The notes: generated by a model not told the origin, from the sequence alone. A DNA stretch of 64,000 nucleotides from Bacteroides sp. (GCA_015060705.1 SUXY01000001.1:6525-70524); one strand, 5' to 3'. Numbered from the stretch's first letter, positions 1-10,487 are shown. Translations and numbers: made by a program.

Positions 1-964
1 GATAAGGTTCCTTATCATTCAAAGAAAGTACATATCCATAAATGCTCTTGGCTACTTGATAGTATGCATCCTCCTTGACTGAAGCCACATCCAATGCTTT
101 CTTTAAGTCAGCATCTGCCTGTGCGTACTGAGCGGCATCTTCACTACCCATGTAATAATTGGCACGACGGACATAACCTTCCATACTATTCGGATATTGA
201 GCCAAAAACTCGTTCAATATATTCAGATAGCTGTCTTTATCCAATTGTTCTGCTGACATGTAAAGATATACCAATGCTTGGTCTTCTGTATCAGGTAATG
301 CTTTCTTGATACCGATATTGTTCAAAGCACCATCATTCATAGACAAAGCGGAAATATTCAACGAAGCACCGTAGCTAGCACCCAATGCATAACTTTCCAT
401 ACTGTCATCCGATGCATTCTTCTGAATCATACCCAACACTTGACCATTGATGTTCATGATTGGACAACTGATGGTCTTTTCACCAGTCTTCATTTCCAGT
501 GTATAATAAAATGATTGGTTACCGATACTGTCAACAGCAGTCACTTTTCCTGTCTGCAAAGCTGTAGCTTTCTGAGTAGAATAGGGAAGCAAATAAACAG
601 TTTCACCCACCTTGGCCGGTTGAGGAGCAAGGGTCAATGTCATCTGCTTCTTTTCAATGGCTGTATTGAACTTCACCACATCATACATCGAATTGGCTCC
701 CAAGATACGGTTTACCTCCACTTGTTTACCATCTGCATTGATGATTACCGCACGTTCAGCTCCTTCAAACAATGAATAATCCGACAATGCAGTACCTTGT
801 GCATCAATATAAAAACCATTACCGGTTCCCTTGATCTTGTTTTCCTTATCGTATGTAACGATCGAGAAAACAGCCTTCTTCGCTTTTTCAGCCCACTTGG
901 GTGCTTGTGCCGATGCCAATTGGGCAATCAAGCAACAAGTAATAATCCACAATGTTTTCTTCAT
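1..964 (-). CDS. Secreted trypsin-like-domain/TPR protein (partial; runs off the window start)
   Basis: Not in the ORF track; translated by hand from ATG at 964: MKKTLWIITCCLIAQLASAQAPKWAEKAKKAVFSIVTYDKENKIKGTGNGFYIDAQGTALSDY... Signal peptide, trypsin-like GTGNGFYI and CPIMNINGQVLGM segments, then TPR-like helices (EGYVRRANYY...ADLKKAL). Last gene of the dnaN operon. Confidence 0.75.
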   Translation of the reverse strand, partial: MKKTLWIITCCLIAQLASAQAPKWAEKAKKAVFSIVTYDKENKIKGTGNGFYIDAQGTALSDYSLFEGAERAVIINADGKQVEVNRILGANSMYDVVKFNTAIEKKQMTLTLAPQPAKVGETVYLLPYSTQKATALQTGKVTAVDSIGNQSFYYTLEMKTGEKTISCPIMNINGQVLGMIQKNASDDSMESYALGASYGASLNISALSMNDGALNNIGIKKALPDTEDQALVYLYMSAEQLDKDSYLNILNEFLAQYPNSMEGYVRRANYYMGSEDAAQYAQADADLKKALDVASVKEDAYYQVAKSIYGYVLSLNDKEPY

Positions 965-975
965 ATTCTTTTCAA

Positions 976-1731
976 TTATTCTTCCGTAGCAAATCCACGT
1001 TGTTTTACAGCTTCGTAAATCAACACACCGGCAGCTACAGATACATTCAAAGATTCAATTTTACCAATCATCGGAATCTTGATCCATTCATCGCAAAGAG
1101 CGAGGTGTTCATAAGATACACCCTTGTCTTCGGCACCCATAATGATACAGGTAGGATCCATATAATTGGCTTTGCTATAATCATAATCTCCCTTTTCAGT
1201 AGCAGCTACAATCTTGAAACCGCTATCCTTCAAGAACTTGATTGTTTGAGTCAGGCTTTGTTCACGACATACCGGAAGTGTATGCAATGCTCCGGCAGAA
1301 GTCTTGATTGCATCGGCATTGACGGTTACACTGTTCTTGGCCGGAATGATGATACCGTCTACACCGGCACACTCACAAGTACGTGCAATCGCACCAAAGT
1401 TGCGTACATCGGTAATTCCGTCCAACATAATCAGCAACGGATTCTTTCCTTCTTCAAACAAGAATGGTACCAAGTCTTCCGTCTTCTGATAAGTAATGGA
1501 AGAAATATAGGCAACTACCCCTTGATGATTCTTACGGGTAATGCGGTTGATGCGTTCAACCGGCACACGCTGAACCGGAATCAATGTACCCTTCAATACG
1601 GCAAAAAGCTCTTTCGAAAGGTCACTCTGAATATCGCGCTTGATCAAAATCTTGTCGATTTCCTTTCCGGCTTGAATAGCTTCGATGACGGCACGTACAC
1701 CGAATATCATTTCACTCTTTTCTGTCATCAT
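976..1731 (-). CDS. rlmB: 23S rRNA (guanosine-2'-O)-methyltransferase RlmB (SpoU/TrmH family)
   Basis: SPOUT motifs DGITDVRNFGAIAR, IMGAEDKG, IPMIGKIESLNVSVAAG; NHQGVVA motif. ATGA overlap with recN. Confidence 0.92.
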   Translation of the reverse strand: MMTEKSEMIFGVRAVIEAIQAGKEIDKILIKRDIQSDLSKELFAVLKGTLIPVQRVPVERINRITRKNHQGVVAYISSITYQKTEDLVPFLFEEGKNPLLIMLDGITDVRNFGAIARTCECAGVDGIIIPAKNSVTVNADAIKTSAGALHTLPVCREQSLTQTIKFLKDSGFKIVAATEKGDYDYSKANYMDPTCIIMGAEDKGVSYEHLALCDEWIKIPMIGKIESLNVSVAAGVLIYEAVKQRGFATEE

Positions 1732-3398
1732 ATCGATTCGTTATTTAATAATGCCTTTGCGTTGTTCAGTGCTGCTTCAGTCAACGTTGCACCGCTCAAC
1801 ATGTTGGCTATTTCATGTATTCTTTCTTCTTGATTCAATTGTCGGATGTGGCTATTGGTACCAACTTCCGTATCTTCCTTATATACTTTATAATGCGTCT
1901 TACCCTTGGAAGCAATTTGCGGCAAATGGGTAATACTGATGACCTGTCGGTCGGCTTGTCCCATTTCTTGCATAATCAATGCCATTTTCTCTGCAATGGA
2001 ACCGGATACACCTGTATCGATTTCATCGAAGATAATGGTCGGCAATTTCACCGCACCGGCAATCATGGCTTTCAATGAAAGCATTACGCGAGCGATTTCA
2101 CCTCCCGATGCTATGGAAGCCACTTGCTGCAATTGTCCGTTTTTATTAGCAGAGAAAAGGAAAATAACTTTATCCATTCCCTTGGCATCCGGCTCTTTCT
2201 TAGTCTGCATTTCTATGGCAAAACGGACATTCGGCATACCTAGCGGCACCAAATATGCCTGCATCTGTTGTTCGATTTCTTTACCCGCTTTTGTGCGAAG
2301 TTTTGTCAAGACCGATGCTTGCTTTACCACCTTATTATAATTGACCTCCTTTTGTTGGGTCAATTCCTGAATCCGATCATCCGATGAAGTAATAGCGTCC
2401 AGTTGCGTACGATAATTCTCTGTAATGTCTAAAAGTTCCTGAATGGAAGAAACACGGTGTTTCTGTTGCAAGGAATAAATCAGGTTCAATCGCTCGTTCA
2501 CATAATCCAATCGGGTAGGGTTGAACTCCACTTCCTCGGCCGCATTCATGATTTCATGCGACAAATCTTTCAGTTCGATATAACAACTGTCCAATCGATT
2601 GATCCATTCCTGTGCAGGAGCGAACACTTTACTGATTCCCTGCAACGTCTGCATACAATCCTTGGTAGCTGAAAGCAATGTCATTTCATCCGATGCCATG
2701 AGTTGGTCTACCTTATATAGACTCGACTTGATATCTTCTGCATGGCTCAACGTTTCCGCTTCCTGTTCCAACTCTTCCTGTTCATCCGCTTGAAGATGTG
2801 CTTCTTCCAATTGTTCTACCTGAAAACGGATGTAGTCTTCATCCTGTCGGTTCTTTTCTGCCAATTCCTGAAGATCAGCCAATTCACGGGACACTTTCTT
2901 ATAGTCGGCATACAATTCCTTGTAAGTCTGCAGTTCCACCTCGTCATGTGCCAATATGTCGAGAACGCTCAATTGGAAATCTTCATGATTCAGCAACAGA
3001 TTCTGATGTTGGCTATGTACATCAATCAACTTTTCGCCCAATTCCTTCATCTGAACCAATGAAGCAGGAGTGTCGTTGATAAATGCCCTGCTTTTGCCCG
3101 ATGCATAAAGTTCTCTTCGAAGAATACATTCTCCATTTTCGTATTCCAAATCATGTTCTTCGAAGAATGATTCCAGTGCATAGGAGGATATATTGAACCG
3201 GGCTTCCACAATGCATTTGCTAGCTCCGTTTTTGATCGCCTTGATATCTGCACGTTGACCGACCAACAATCCGATGGCTCCCAGGATAATGGACTTACCT
3301 GCACCCGTTTCACCGGTGATGACCGAAAAACCGGAATGAAAGTCGATATCCAACGATTCTATCAACGCATAGTTTTGTATATGAATGGACTGTAACAT
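1728..3398 (-). CDS. recN: DNA repair protein RecN
   Basis: ITGETGAGKS Walker A, long coiled coil, ASGGEIAR signature, IFDEIDTG Walker B, ITHLPQIA. Confidence 0.97.
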   Translation of the reverse strand: MLQSIHIQNYALIESLDIDFHSGFSVITGETGAGKSIILGAIGLLVGQRADIKAIKNGASKCIVEARFNISSYALESFFEEHDLEYENGECILRRELYASGKSRAFINDTPASLVQMKELGEKLIDVHSQHQNLLLNHEDFQLSVLDILAHDEVELQTYKELYADYKKVSRELADLQELAEKNRQDEDYIRFQVEQLEEAHLQADEQEELEQEAETLSHAEDIKSSLYKVDQLMASDEMTLLSATKDCMQTLQGISKVFAPAQEWINRLDSCYIELKDLSHEIMNAAEEVEFNPTRLDYVNERLNLIYSLQQKHRVSSIQELLDITENYRTQLDAITSSDDRIQELTQQKEVNYNKVVKQASVLTKLRTKAGKEIEQQMQAYLVPLGMPNVRFAIEMQTKKEPDAKGMDKVIFLFSANKNGQLQQVASIASGGEIARVMLSLKAMIAGAVKLPTIIFDEIDTGVSGSIAEKMALIMQEMGQADRQVISITHLPQIASKGKTHYKVYKEDTEVGTNSHIRQLNQEERIHEIANMLSGATLTEAALNNAKALLNNESI

Positions 3399-3403
3399 AG
3401 CCG

Positions 3404-4606
3404 TTATTTCTTCATGCTTACTACCAATCGGTCAATGATGTCCTTGGCCACTTCTGCCTTGTTTTTCAAAGGGTAGGGGGTTGCACCGTCCCGATCGATA
3501 ATGGTAATCTTGTTGGTATCCACCCGGAAGCCTGCACCTTGGTCGTTCAACGAATTCAATACAATGAAATCAAAATTCTTTCGTTGGAGCTTGGACTGTG
3601 CATTAGCTGCTTCGTCGTTGGTTTCAAGTGCAAAGCCTACCAATGTCTGACCTTCCTTTTTCGATGCTCCCAAAGAAGCGGCAATGTCTTGTGTCGGTTT
3701 CAACTGAAGAACCAAGTCATCCTTTTCACGCTTGATTTTATGGTCAGCTGCATGATCCGGAGTAAAATCGGCTACCGCTGCACAAAGAATACCTGCATCC
3801 GCATCCACATAGGCTTCCTTGGCTGCTTCATACATTTCCTGCGCACTTTCCACATCGATACGACAGATGTTCGGATGATGTGCCTGTAAAGTCACCGGAC
3901 CGCTTACCAATGTCACTTTTGCTCCTCTGGATGCACATTCTTCGGCCAAGGCATAACCCATTTTACCCGAAGAATAGTTGCCGATGAAACGTACCGGATC
4001 GATCTTTTCATAAGTCGGGCCAGCGGTAATGACTACCTTCTTGTCCTTCAAGTCCTGTTGTTGTGCAAAGAAAGCTTCGAGCACTTCCACAATCTTTTCC
4101 GGTTCTTCCATGCGTCCTTTACCCACCAAATGACTGGCCAATTCCCCTTCTCCCGGTTCGATGATGTAATTTCCATACGAGCGGAGAATATCCAAATTCT
4201 TTTGGGTAGACGGATGAGCAAACATATCCAAGTCCATGGCAGGTGCCACAAATACCGGCGCTTTCATAGAGAGATAAGTAGTGATGAGCATGTTGTCAGC
4301 TACCCCATGCGCCATTTTTCCAATGGTACTGGCTGTTGCCGGTGCAATGACCATGGCATCTGCCCAAAGGCCCAAGTCGACGTGACTGTGCCAAGTACCG
4401 TCCCGTTGCGAGAAAAATTCGCTGATAACCGGTTTGCTAGTCAACGCTGAAAGAGTAATGGGAGTAATGAACTCCTTACCGGCCGGTGTAATCACCACCT
4501 GTACTTCGGCGCCTTTTTTAATAAGTCCTCTTATGAGTATAGCCGCTTTGTAGGCGGCTATGCTTCCAGTAATACCTAATACTATCTTTTTTCCTTTCAT
4601 GTTCAT
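3404..4606 (-). CDS. coaBC: Bifunctional phosphopantothenoylcysteine decarboxylase/synthetase CoaBC
   Basis: GITGSIAAYK, APATA, PAM, TAGPTYEKIDPVRFIGNYSSGKMG, VGFALET. Start moved to ATG 4606, which overlaps the exonuclease stop (ATGA). Confidence 0.95.
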   Translation of the reverse strand: MNMKGKKIVLGITGSIAAYKAAILIRGLIKKGAEVQVVITPAGKEFITPITLSALTSKPVISEFFSQRDGTWHSHVDLGLWADAMVIAPATASTIGKMAHGVADNMLITTYLSMKAPVFVAPAMDLDMFAHPSTQKNLDILRSYGNYIIEPGEGELASHLVGKGRMEEPEKIVEVLEAFFAQQQDLKDKKVVITAGPTYEKIDPVRFIGNYSSGKMGYALAEECASRGAKVTLVSGPVTLQAHHPNICRIDVESAQEMYEAAKEAYVDADAGILCAAVADFTPDHAADHKIKREKDDLVLQLKPTQDIAASLGASKKEGQTLVGFALETNDEAANAQSKLQRKNFDFIVLNSLNDQGAGFRVDTNKITIIDRDGATPYPLKNKAEVAKDIIDRLVVSMKK

Positions 4607-5379
4607 TTCATTAATCCCGTCTCTCGTAATCTGATTTTTGTCAAAACATTCTTGGTATTCAAGGTAAAATCTCCTTGCATGATCCAACCATAATAACCGA
4701 TATCCTTCTTCAAGACTTCAGCCACCGAAATTCCCTTGTACTTGCCGAAGTTGAATACTTCTACACCTTGTTCGTTATAAACGATACGACCGGCAAAGTC
4801 GACATTCTTATTGAAGCTGGAATAATCGGACAAGAATGCAATGTCGTTTTCCAATACTTCCGGATAGCGGTCCAATTGTGCTTTCAGCACTTCGTAAGTG
4901 GCACGAGTGTCGGCTTCAGCCGTATGGGCATCTTCCAAGTTCTTACCACAATAGAATTTGTAGGCAGCCGAGAGGGTACGTTGTTCCAGTTTATGATAAA
5001 TTACCTGAACATCCACAAACTTTCTCTTCATCAAGTCCACATCCACACCTGCACGCAGGAACTCTTCCGCCAATACCGGAATATCGAAACGGTTGGAATT
5101 AAATCCAGCCAAGTCACATCCTTCGATGTCTGCAGCAATCTTCTTGGCCACATCCTTGAAAGTAGGACAGTCCACCACATCCTCATCGTAAATGCCATGA
5201 ATGGCCGAAGATGCTTCTGGAATATGCATACCCGGATTAATGCGAAGAGTCTTACTCTCTTCATTTCCATTCGGATAGACCTTCAAATAGCAGATTTCTA
5301 CGATTCTATCTGCATTGATATTGGTACCCGTTGTTTCCAAATCGAAGAAAACCAACGGGTTCTTTAAATTCAGTTTCAT
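4603..5379 (-). CDS. DEDDh 3'-5' exonuclease (DNA polymerase III epsilon-like)
   Basis: FFDLETTG (ExoI), GFNSNRFD (ExoII), AHTAEADT (ExoIII); C-terminal FGKYKG motif; directly downstream of dnaN. Confidence 0.9.
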   Translation of the reverse strand: MKLNLKNPLVFFDLETTGTNINADRIVEICYLKVYPNGNEESKTLRINPGMHIPEASSAIHGIYDEDVVDCPTFKDVAKKIAADIEGCDLAGFNSNRFDIPVLAEEFLRAGVDVDLMKRKFVDVQVIYHKLEQRTLSAAYKFYCGKNLEDAHTAEADTRATYEVLKAQLDRYPEVLENDIAFLSDYSSFNKNVDFAGRIVYNEQGVEVFNFGKYKGISVAEVLKKDIGYYGWIMQGDFTLNTKNVLTKIRLRETGLMK

Positions 5380-5392
5380 GGTTATCCAACGA

Positions 5393-6514
5393 TTAATCGT
5401 TCAACATCATCGGCATCAACAACATCAACAAATCTTCTTCTTCGTTTTGTTCTACCGGAACGATGACACCTGCACGTGAAGGGTCTGCCAATTCCAATAC
5501 CACATCCTGCGATGCAATGTTGTTCAAGATATCAATCAAGAAAGTCGACTTGAAACCGATGCTCATCGGATTGCCTTCGTATTGGCACATCAAAGTTTCT
5601 TCTGCCGAAGTAGAGAAGTCGATGTCCTGACCTGAAATCTGAATGGTATTCATGTCCAGATGAAGTTTGATCAAGCTGCTAGCGGCTGAAGAAAATACCG
5701 AAACACGCTTCAAGGCGCTCATGAAAGCAGCACGGTCAATGGTTGCCTTGTGCGGATTGTTCTGCGGGATAACCGAATTGTAGTTCGGATAACGGCCCTC
5801 AATCAAGCGGCAAGTCATGTTGTAATTTTCCATTGTAAATACCGCATTGCGGTCGTCGAAACCGATCTGTACATCAGCCATTTCCTTAGGAAGAAGGTTC
5901 TTCAGCAAAGTAGCCGGCTTCTTCGGAAGTATAAACGCAGCCTTTTCATTGCCACGAGCCTTGTATGTCTTGTTGCGAACCAACTTATGGCCATCTGATG
6001 CCACGAAAGTAATGTCTTCGGTAGTAATGTCGAAATAGATACCGTTCATCACCGGACGAAGTTCATCATCAGCAGTAGCAAAAAGGGAACGGTTGATACC
6101 ATTCATCAATACCGGAGCACCCAAAATTACATGCACCGCATTACCACCCAAGTTGGCTGCCTGCGGATATTCATCCGCATTCTGACCCATGAGGCTATAC
6201 TTACCGTTCTGATACTTCACTATGATTTCCAAGTTGTCGTTCACTTCGAAAGTCAACGGCTGTTCAGGAATTTCCTTCAATGCATCCAGAATGGTTTTGC
6301 TGTTTACGGCAAAACGACCATTACTATCCGATTCTGTGGTTTCGATAGAAGTTGCCAAAGTTGTTTCGCTATCCGAAGCGGTGATAGACAATGTTCCATC
6401 GACCAATTCCAACAAGAAACAATCCAGGATAGGCAATGAATTCTTTGAGTTGATTACGCGGCTAATCGCCTGCAAATGACTGAAAAGTCCTGTACTTGAG
6501 ACAATGAATTTCAT
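5393..6514 (-). CDS. dnaN: DNA polymerase III beta sliding clamp
   Basis: 373 aa; LPILDC, RPVMNGI, VASDGHKL, RLIEGRYPNY, C-terminal LLMPM. Confidence 0.97.
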   Translation of the reverse strand: MKFIVSSTGLFSHLQAISRVINSKNSLPILDCFLLELVDGTLSITASDSETTLATSIETTESDSNGRFAVNSKTILDALKEIPEQPLTFEVNDNLEIIVKYQNGKYSLMGQNADEYPQAANLGGNAVHVILGAPVLMNGINRSLFATADDELRPVMNGIYFDITTEDITFVASDGHKLVRNKTYKARGNEKAAFILPKKPATLLKNLLPKEMADVQIGFDDRNAVFTMENYNMTCRLIEGRYPNYNSVIPQNNPHKATIDRAAFMSALKRVSVFSSAASSLIKLHLDMNTIQISGQDIDFSTSAEETLMCQYEGNPMSIGFKSTFLIDILNNIASQDVVLELADPSRAGVIVPVEQNEEEDLLMLLMPMMLND

Positions 6515-6565
6515 AGGTAGTATAGTATTTTATTTATATTCAATTTGTTATTAAAATTAATCTGC

Positions 6566-6573
6566 CAAAGATA
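6566..6573 (-). promoter_or_regulatory. Bacteroidetes sigmaA -7 element (TATCTTTG) for the dnaN operon
   Basis: Exact TAnnTTTG on the minus strand about 50 nt upstream of the dnaN ATG. Confidence 0.6.
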
Positions 6574-6670
6574 CTAAAAACTTTGCATACCATTCATAAA
6601 AAATAAGCTAAAAATTAGCAACATTCAAACAAAAAGCGTACTTTCGCAACAAATTTAAATGAAATAAACA

Positions 6671-7042
6671 ATGGAATTATCAGGTAAAGTAATTGCCGTA
6701 CTCGAGCCAAGAGGCGGCGTATCAAAAACTGGCAACGCTTGGAAAGTACAGGAATACGTAATCGAGACTCACGACCAATACCCTCGAAAGATGTGTTTCG
6801 ACGTATTCGGTGAAGACAAGATCAATCAGTTCAACATTCAGGTTGGTGAAGAGCTGACCGTTCATTTCGATATTGATGCCCGTGAATGGCAAGGCCGTTG
6901 GTTCAACAGTATCCGTGCATGGAAAGTGGAACGCGCTGCTGCTCAACCGGCTCCTGCGGGTTCAGATGTACCTTTCCCGCCGATGAGTGCTGCTCCGGTA
7001 GACTTCTCGGCTGGTGACGAAAAGGACGATTTACCTTTCTGA
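6671..7042 (+). CDS. DUF3127-type OB-fold protein with SSB-like acidic tail
   Basis: Beta-rich N-terminal domain (WKVQEYVIET...CFDVFG...DIDAREWQGRWFNSIRAWK), Pro/Ala linker, C-terminus EKDDLPF. Confidence 0.8.
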   Translation: MELSGKVIAVLEPRGGVSKTGNAWKVQEYVIETHDQYPRKMCFDVFGEDKINQFNIQVGEELTVHFDIDAREWQGRWFNSIRAWKVERAAAQPAPAGSDVPFPPMSAAPVDFSAGDEKDDLPF

Positions 7043-7051
7043 TTCAAGCAA

Positions 7052-7090
7052 ATAAAAAAGAGGTTTCGAATGGAAACCTCTTTTTTTATG
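7052..7090. terminator. Bidirectional intrinsic terminator between DUF3127 and rho
   Basis: AAAAAAGAGGTTTC-GAATG-GAAACCTCTTTTTTT hairpin with A and T tracts between convergent genes. Confidence 0.85.
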
Positions 7091-7092
7091 TC

Positions 7093-8991
7093 TTACGAAT
7101 TCATGCTCATCAGGAATTCTTCGTTGTTTCGGGTATTGTCCATCTGACCCTTCAAGAAAGTCATCGCTTCTATCGGATTCATATCCGAGAGATACTTGCG
7201 GAGCACCCACATGCGGTTCAGTGTCTGTTCATCCATCAAGAGATCATCACGACGTGTACTTGAAGCGATCAAGTTGACAGCCGGGAAGATACGCTTGTTG
7301 CTCAAGTTGCGGTCGAGCTGCAATTCCATGTTACCTGTACCCTTGAATTCTTCGAAAATCACTTCATCCATCTTCGAACCGGTATCAATCAAGGCAGTTG
7401 CAATGATAGTCAACGAACCACCCCCTTCAATGTTACGGGCAGCACCGAAGAAACGCTTAGGCTTGTGGAGTGCATTGGCATCCACACCACCCGAAAGTAC
7501 CTTACCCGATGCCGGAGATACGGTGTTGTATGCACGAGCCAAACGAGTGATTGAATCCAAGAAGATTACCACATCGTGACCACATTCCACCATACGCTTT
7601 GCCTTTTCCAATACAATACCTGCAATCTTCACGTGGCGTTCTGCCGGTTCGTCAAAAGTAGAAGCAATCACTTCCGCCTTGACACTACGGGCCATGTCGG
7701 TCACTTCTTCCGGACGTTCGTCAATCAGCAACATGATCATATATGCTTCCGGATGATTGGCTGCAATGGCATTCGCAATATCCTTCATCAAAATGGTCTT
7801 ACCGGTCTTTGGCTGTGCCACAATCAACGCACGCTGTCCCTTACCGATCGGAGAGAAGAGATCCACTACACGAGCCGACGGATTGTCCTTGCCGTCACCC
7901 TTGCACAACTGGAACTTTTCATCCGGGAAGAGCGGAGTCAAATGATCGAAAGGTACACGGTCGCGTACCAACACCGGATCCAAGCCGTTGATTTTGGTCA
8001 CTCGCACCAATGGGAAAAACTTTTCACCTTCCTTCGGCGGACGGATCGGACCTTCTACCACATCCCCAGTCTTCAAGCCGAAGAGCTTGATTTGCGACTG
8101 CGATACATAGATATCATCCGGTGATGAAAGATAGTTGTAATCCGACGAACGCAAGAAACCATAACCATCCTGCATGATTTCAAGTACACCTACACCGCTC
8201 AAGATACCGTCAAAATCGTATTGCTTTTCCTGAGGACGGCGTTGTTCTTGTTGAGCAGCAGGATTAGACTGCTGGGCTGGTTGGTTGTTTTGGTTTTGAT
8301 TGTTCTGGTTATTGTACTTTGGATTGCGGTTCTGTAATCGAGGAGGGTTGGCTTCACCCTTGGTTGCTTCAAACTTACCAAGCAATTCGCTTGGCAATTC
8401 CACCTTTTCAGAAGGCAAGTCTTCGATGGCAATAAAATCATCTGCAGCAATAGGTGCCGGTGCATCTTCCTGTTTCGGTTCTTCCTTAACTTCAGCCTTT
8501 GCATCTGCCGGTTGTTCGGCAACTTGTTCAGCTGTTTTTTCTGTTTTCGGTTTGCGACCGCGTTTCTTTGGAGCCGGCTTGGTTTCAGCAACTGCCTCTT
8601 TCGGCGCTTCCGTTTCTGGAGCAGGTGCAGCCTTCAACTCTTCCTCCTTTGCAGGAGCATTGTCTGTATTGAAAGGAGAGACCTTTGCCGGGATTTCCGG
8701 AGTATTCGCTTCCAGTTTCTGTGCCTTGTCCTGAGTAGCGGTATAAACCTTGTCGCCCTCTTTCTTTACACTGATACGTGAACGTTTACGTGGTTGGTTT
8801 TCTTTTTCCTTATTCGCTGCTTTTTCCTTATTGGCTGTTCTTTTGCTGGCATTGGCAATGGCCTGTTCGTCCAGGATGCTATATACCAGTTCGTCTTTCT
8901 TCATGGACTCGAATTTATTGATTCCCAACTCTTTGGCAACCGATTGCAATTCCGACAAATCCATGTCGTTCAATTGGATAATGTTATACAT
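7093..8991 (-). CDS. rho: Transcription termination factor Rho with a large N-terminal disordered insertion
   Basis: Rho_N helix, GYGFLRS and [12 protein letters not shown]-binding motifs, PIGKGQR...[40 protein letters not shown]. Confidence 0.98.
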   Translation of the reverse strand: MYNIIQLNDMDLSELQSVAKELGINKFESMKKDELVYSILDEQAIANASKRTANKEKAANKEKENQPRKRSRISVKKEGDKVYTATQDKAQKLEANTPEIPAKVSPFNTDNAPAKEEELKAAPAPETEAPKEAVAETKPAPKKRGRKPKTEKTAEQVAEQPADAKAEVKEEPKQEDAPAPIAADDFIAIEDLPSEKVELPSELLGKFEATKGEANPPRLQNRNPKYNNQNNQNQNNQPAQQSNPAAQQEQRRPQEKQYDFDGILSGVGVLEIMQDGYGFLRSSDYNYLSSPDDIYVSQSQIKLFGLKTGDVVEGPIRPPKEGEKFFPLVRVTKINGLDPVLVRDRVPFDHLTPLFPDEKFQLCKGDGKDNPSARVVDLFSPIGKGQRALIVAQPKTGKTILMKDIANAIAANHPEAYMIMLLIDERPEEVTDMARSVKAEVIASTFDEPAERHVKIAGIVLEKAKRMVECGHDVVIFLDSITRLARAYNTVSPASGKVLSGGVDANALHKPKRFFGAARNIEGGGSLTIIATALIDTGSKMDEVIFEEFKGTGNMELQLDRNLSNKRIFPAVNLIASSTRRDDLLMDEQTLNRMWVLRKYLSDMNPIEAMTFLKGQMDNTRNNEEFLMSMNS

Positions 8992-9151
8992 AGATGTATA
9001 TTAATTAGTGAAAATTTCGTTGTTACTTGTGTATTATCATAGAACAATCCGAATCGGAAAATTCCAATCGGCATTACTTAATGATAATTAAAGGTATAAT
9101 TGATTTCTTAAAAATACGACGGCCGGAATGACCTCGGATATTTACGGAGGA

Positions 9152-9159
9152 CAAAAGTA
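9152..9159 (-). promoter_or_regulatory. -7 promoter element (TACTTTTG) for rho, implying a ~155-nt leader
   Basis: Exact TAnnTTTG on the minus strand upstream of rho. Confidence 0.5.
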
Positions 9160-9274
9160 GCTATTTTTTTCAAATTACACCTAAAAAACATCACTTTTTT
9201 TATGAATACCTGTTAAAAATATACTAATTTAGCCACCAAAATTAAAGTGATAAACCTTATAACATTTACGAATT

Positions 9275-9652
9275 ATGAAAAAAGTAATTTTTACTGAAAA
9301 GGCTCCAGCAGCCATCGGTCCTTATAGTCAAGCAATTGAAGCAAACGGCATGATTTTCCTTTCTGGCCAACTTCCTGTTGATCCGGCAACTGGCGAATTC
9401 GCTCCGGGTGGTGTAGCCGAACAGACTACTCAATGCTTCGAAAACATCAAGAACGTATTGGCAGAAGCTGGTTTGACTACAGCCAACATCGTGAAGACTA
9501 CCGTATTCTTGGCAGACATGTCATTGTTCGCTGAAATGAATGCAGTTTACGCTACTTATTTCGAAGGCGATTTCCCGGCTCGTTCGGCCTTTGCAGTAAA
9601 GGCTCTTCCGAAGGGTGCTTTGGTAGAAATTGAAAGCATCGCAGTAAGATAA
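9275..9652 (+). CDS. ridA: RidA (YjgF/YER057c/UK114) enamine/imine deaminase
   Basis: APAAIGPYSQA, SGQLP, FPARSA (catalytic Arg), LPKGALVEIE. Confidence 0.92.
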   Translation: MKKVIFTEKAPAAIGPYSQAIEANGMIFLSGQLPVDPATGEFAPGGVAEQTTQCFENIKNVLAEAGLTTANIVKTTVFLADMSLFAEMNAVYATYFEGDFPARSAFAVKALPKGALVEIESIAVR

Positions 9653-9659
9653 CTTGCTT

Positions 9660-10466
9660 ATGAAATACATATCACCTGGCGGTTGGTTCTCGTTGGAGTA
9701 CCCCGCCACTTGGTCTGAATTCGAAGACACGGAAGAATCATTCCTTTTCTACAATCCTAACAAGTGGAGTGGGAATTTCCGTATCTCGGCGTACAAAGAT
9801 ACCGCCAAGGATTATGGCCGTCAATGCATCAACTACGAGTTGAAGCATAATCCGACTTCTACTTCGGTCAAGATAGGAGAGTGGGAGTGTGCTTACAGTG
9901 CCGAAACCTTCCAGGAAGAAGGTGCCTGGTACACCACTCACTTTTGGATCACCGGCAAGAACGACACCTGTTTGGAATGTTCGTTCACCGTTGCCAAGGG
10001 CGAAGAACGTACACCAGCCGAAGACATTATCCGTACCCTTCAGGTTCGTACCGGCAAGGAAAGTCAGGAAATCATTCCAATCCGTGTACTCGAAATCGGT
10101 GAAGTGAATGCTGCCTTCGAATGGGCATCGACCACTGTCAAGAAAACGTTGACCAAGGATTTCACTTCCCAAGAAGCCGATATCGAAAAGCTCCAGAAGC
10201 TCATGGACGGTGGCAAGATTCAAGCCAACCAACGCACCGCCTGGGAAAGCATCGGCCTGGCATTCGGCACCATTCTCGAAAACGAAATGGACGGTATGAC
10301 TTGGGTAACGGTCATCGACGGCAAAAAGGAATATCCGGCTTTGCAGTTCAGTAGTTTGCTCTTCGATCCTGCTTCCATGGTATGGAACAAGATCAAGAAC
10401 AAACAAGCTTGCGATTTGAAAGCTGAGTTTGCCCGCATCAAGAGTGAAGTGGAAGAAGCAATGTAA
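9660..10466 (+). CDS. Conserved hypothetical protein (DUF3805/DUF3806-like)
   Basis: N-terminus KYISPGGWFSLEYPATW...FYNPNKWSGNFRISA resembles Bacteroides DUF3805 proteins as recalled; ATG at 9660. Confidence 0.6.
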   Translation: MKYISPGGWFSLEYPATWSEFEDTEESFLFYNPNKWSGNFRISAYKDTAKDYGRQCINYELKHNPTSTSVKIGEWECAYSAETFQEEGAWYTTHFWITGKNDTCLECSFTVAKGEERTPAEDIIRTLQVRTGKESQEIIPIRVLEIGEVNAAFEWASTTVKKTLTKDFTSQEADIEKLQKLMDGGKIQANQRTAWESIGLAFGTILENEMDGMTWVTVIDGKKEYPALQFSSLLFDPASMVWNKIKNKQACDLKAEFARIKSEVEEAM

Positions 10467-10487
10467 TCTTTCCTGTTGAACGTATAT

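Noticed and set aside
4607-4687. N-terminal extensions given by the ORF track (also yihA 15847-15963, atpD 22906-23031, serA 52881-52919)
   Set aside because: They overlap neighbouring genes, promoters or terminators; homology-like sequence begins at the downstream ATGs used here.
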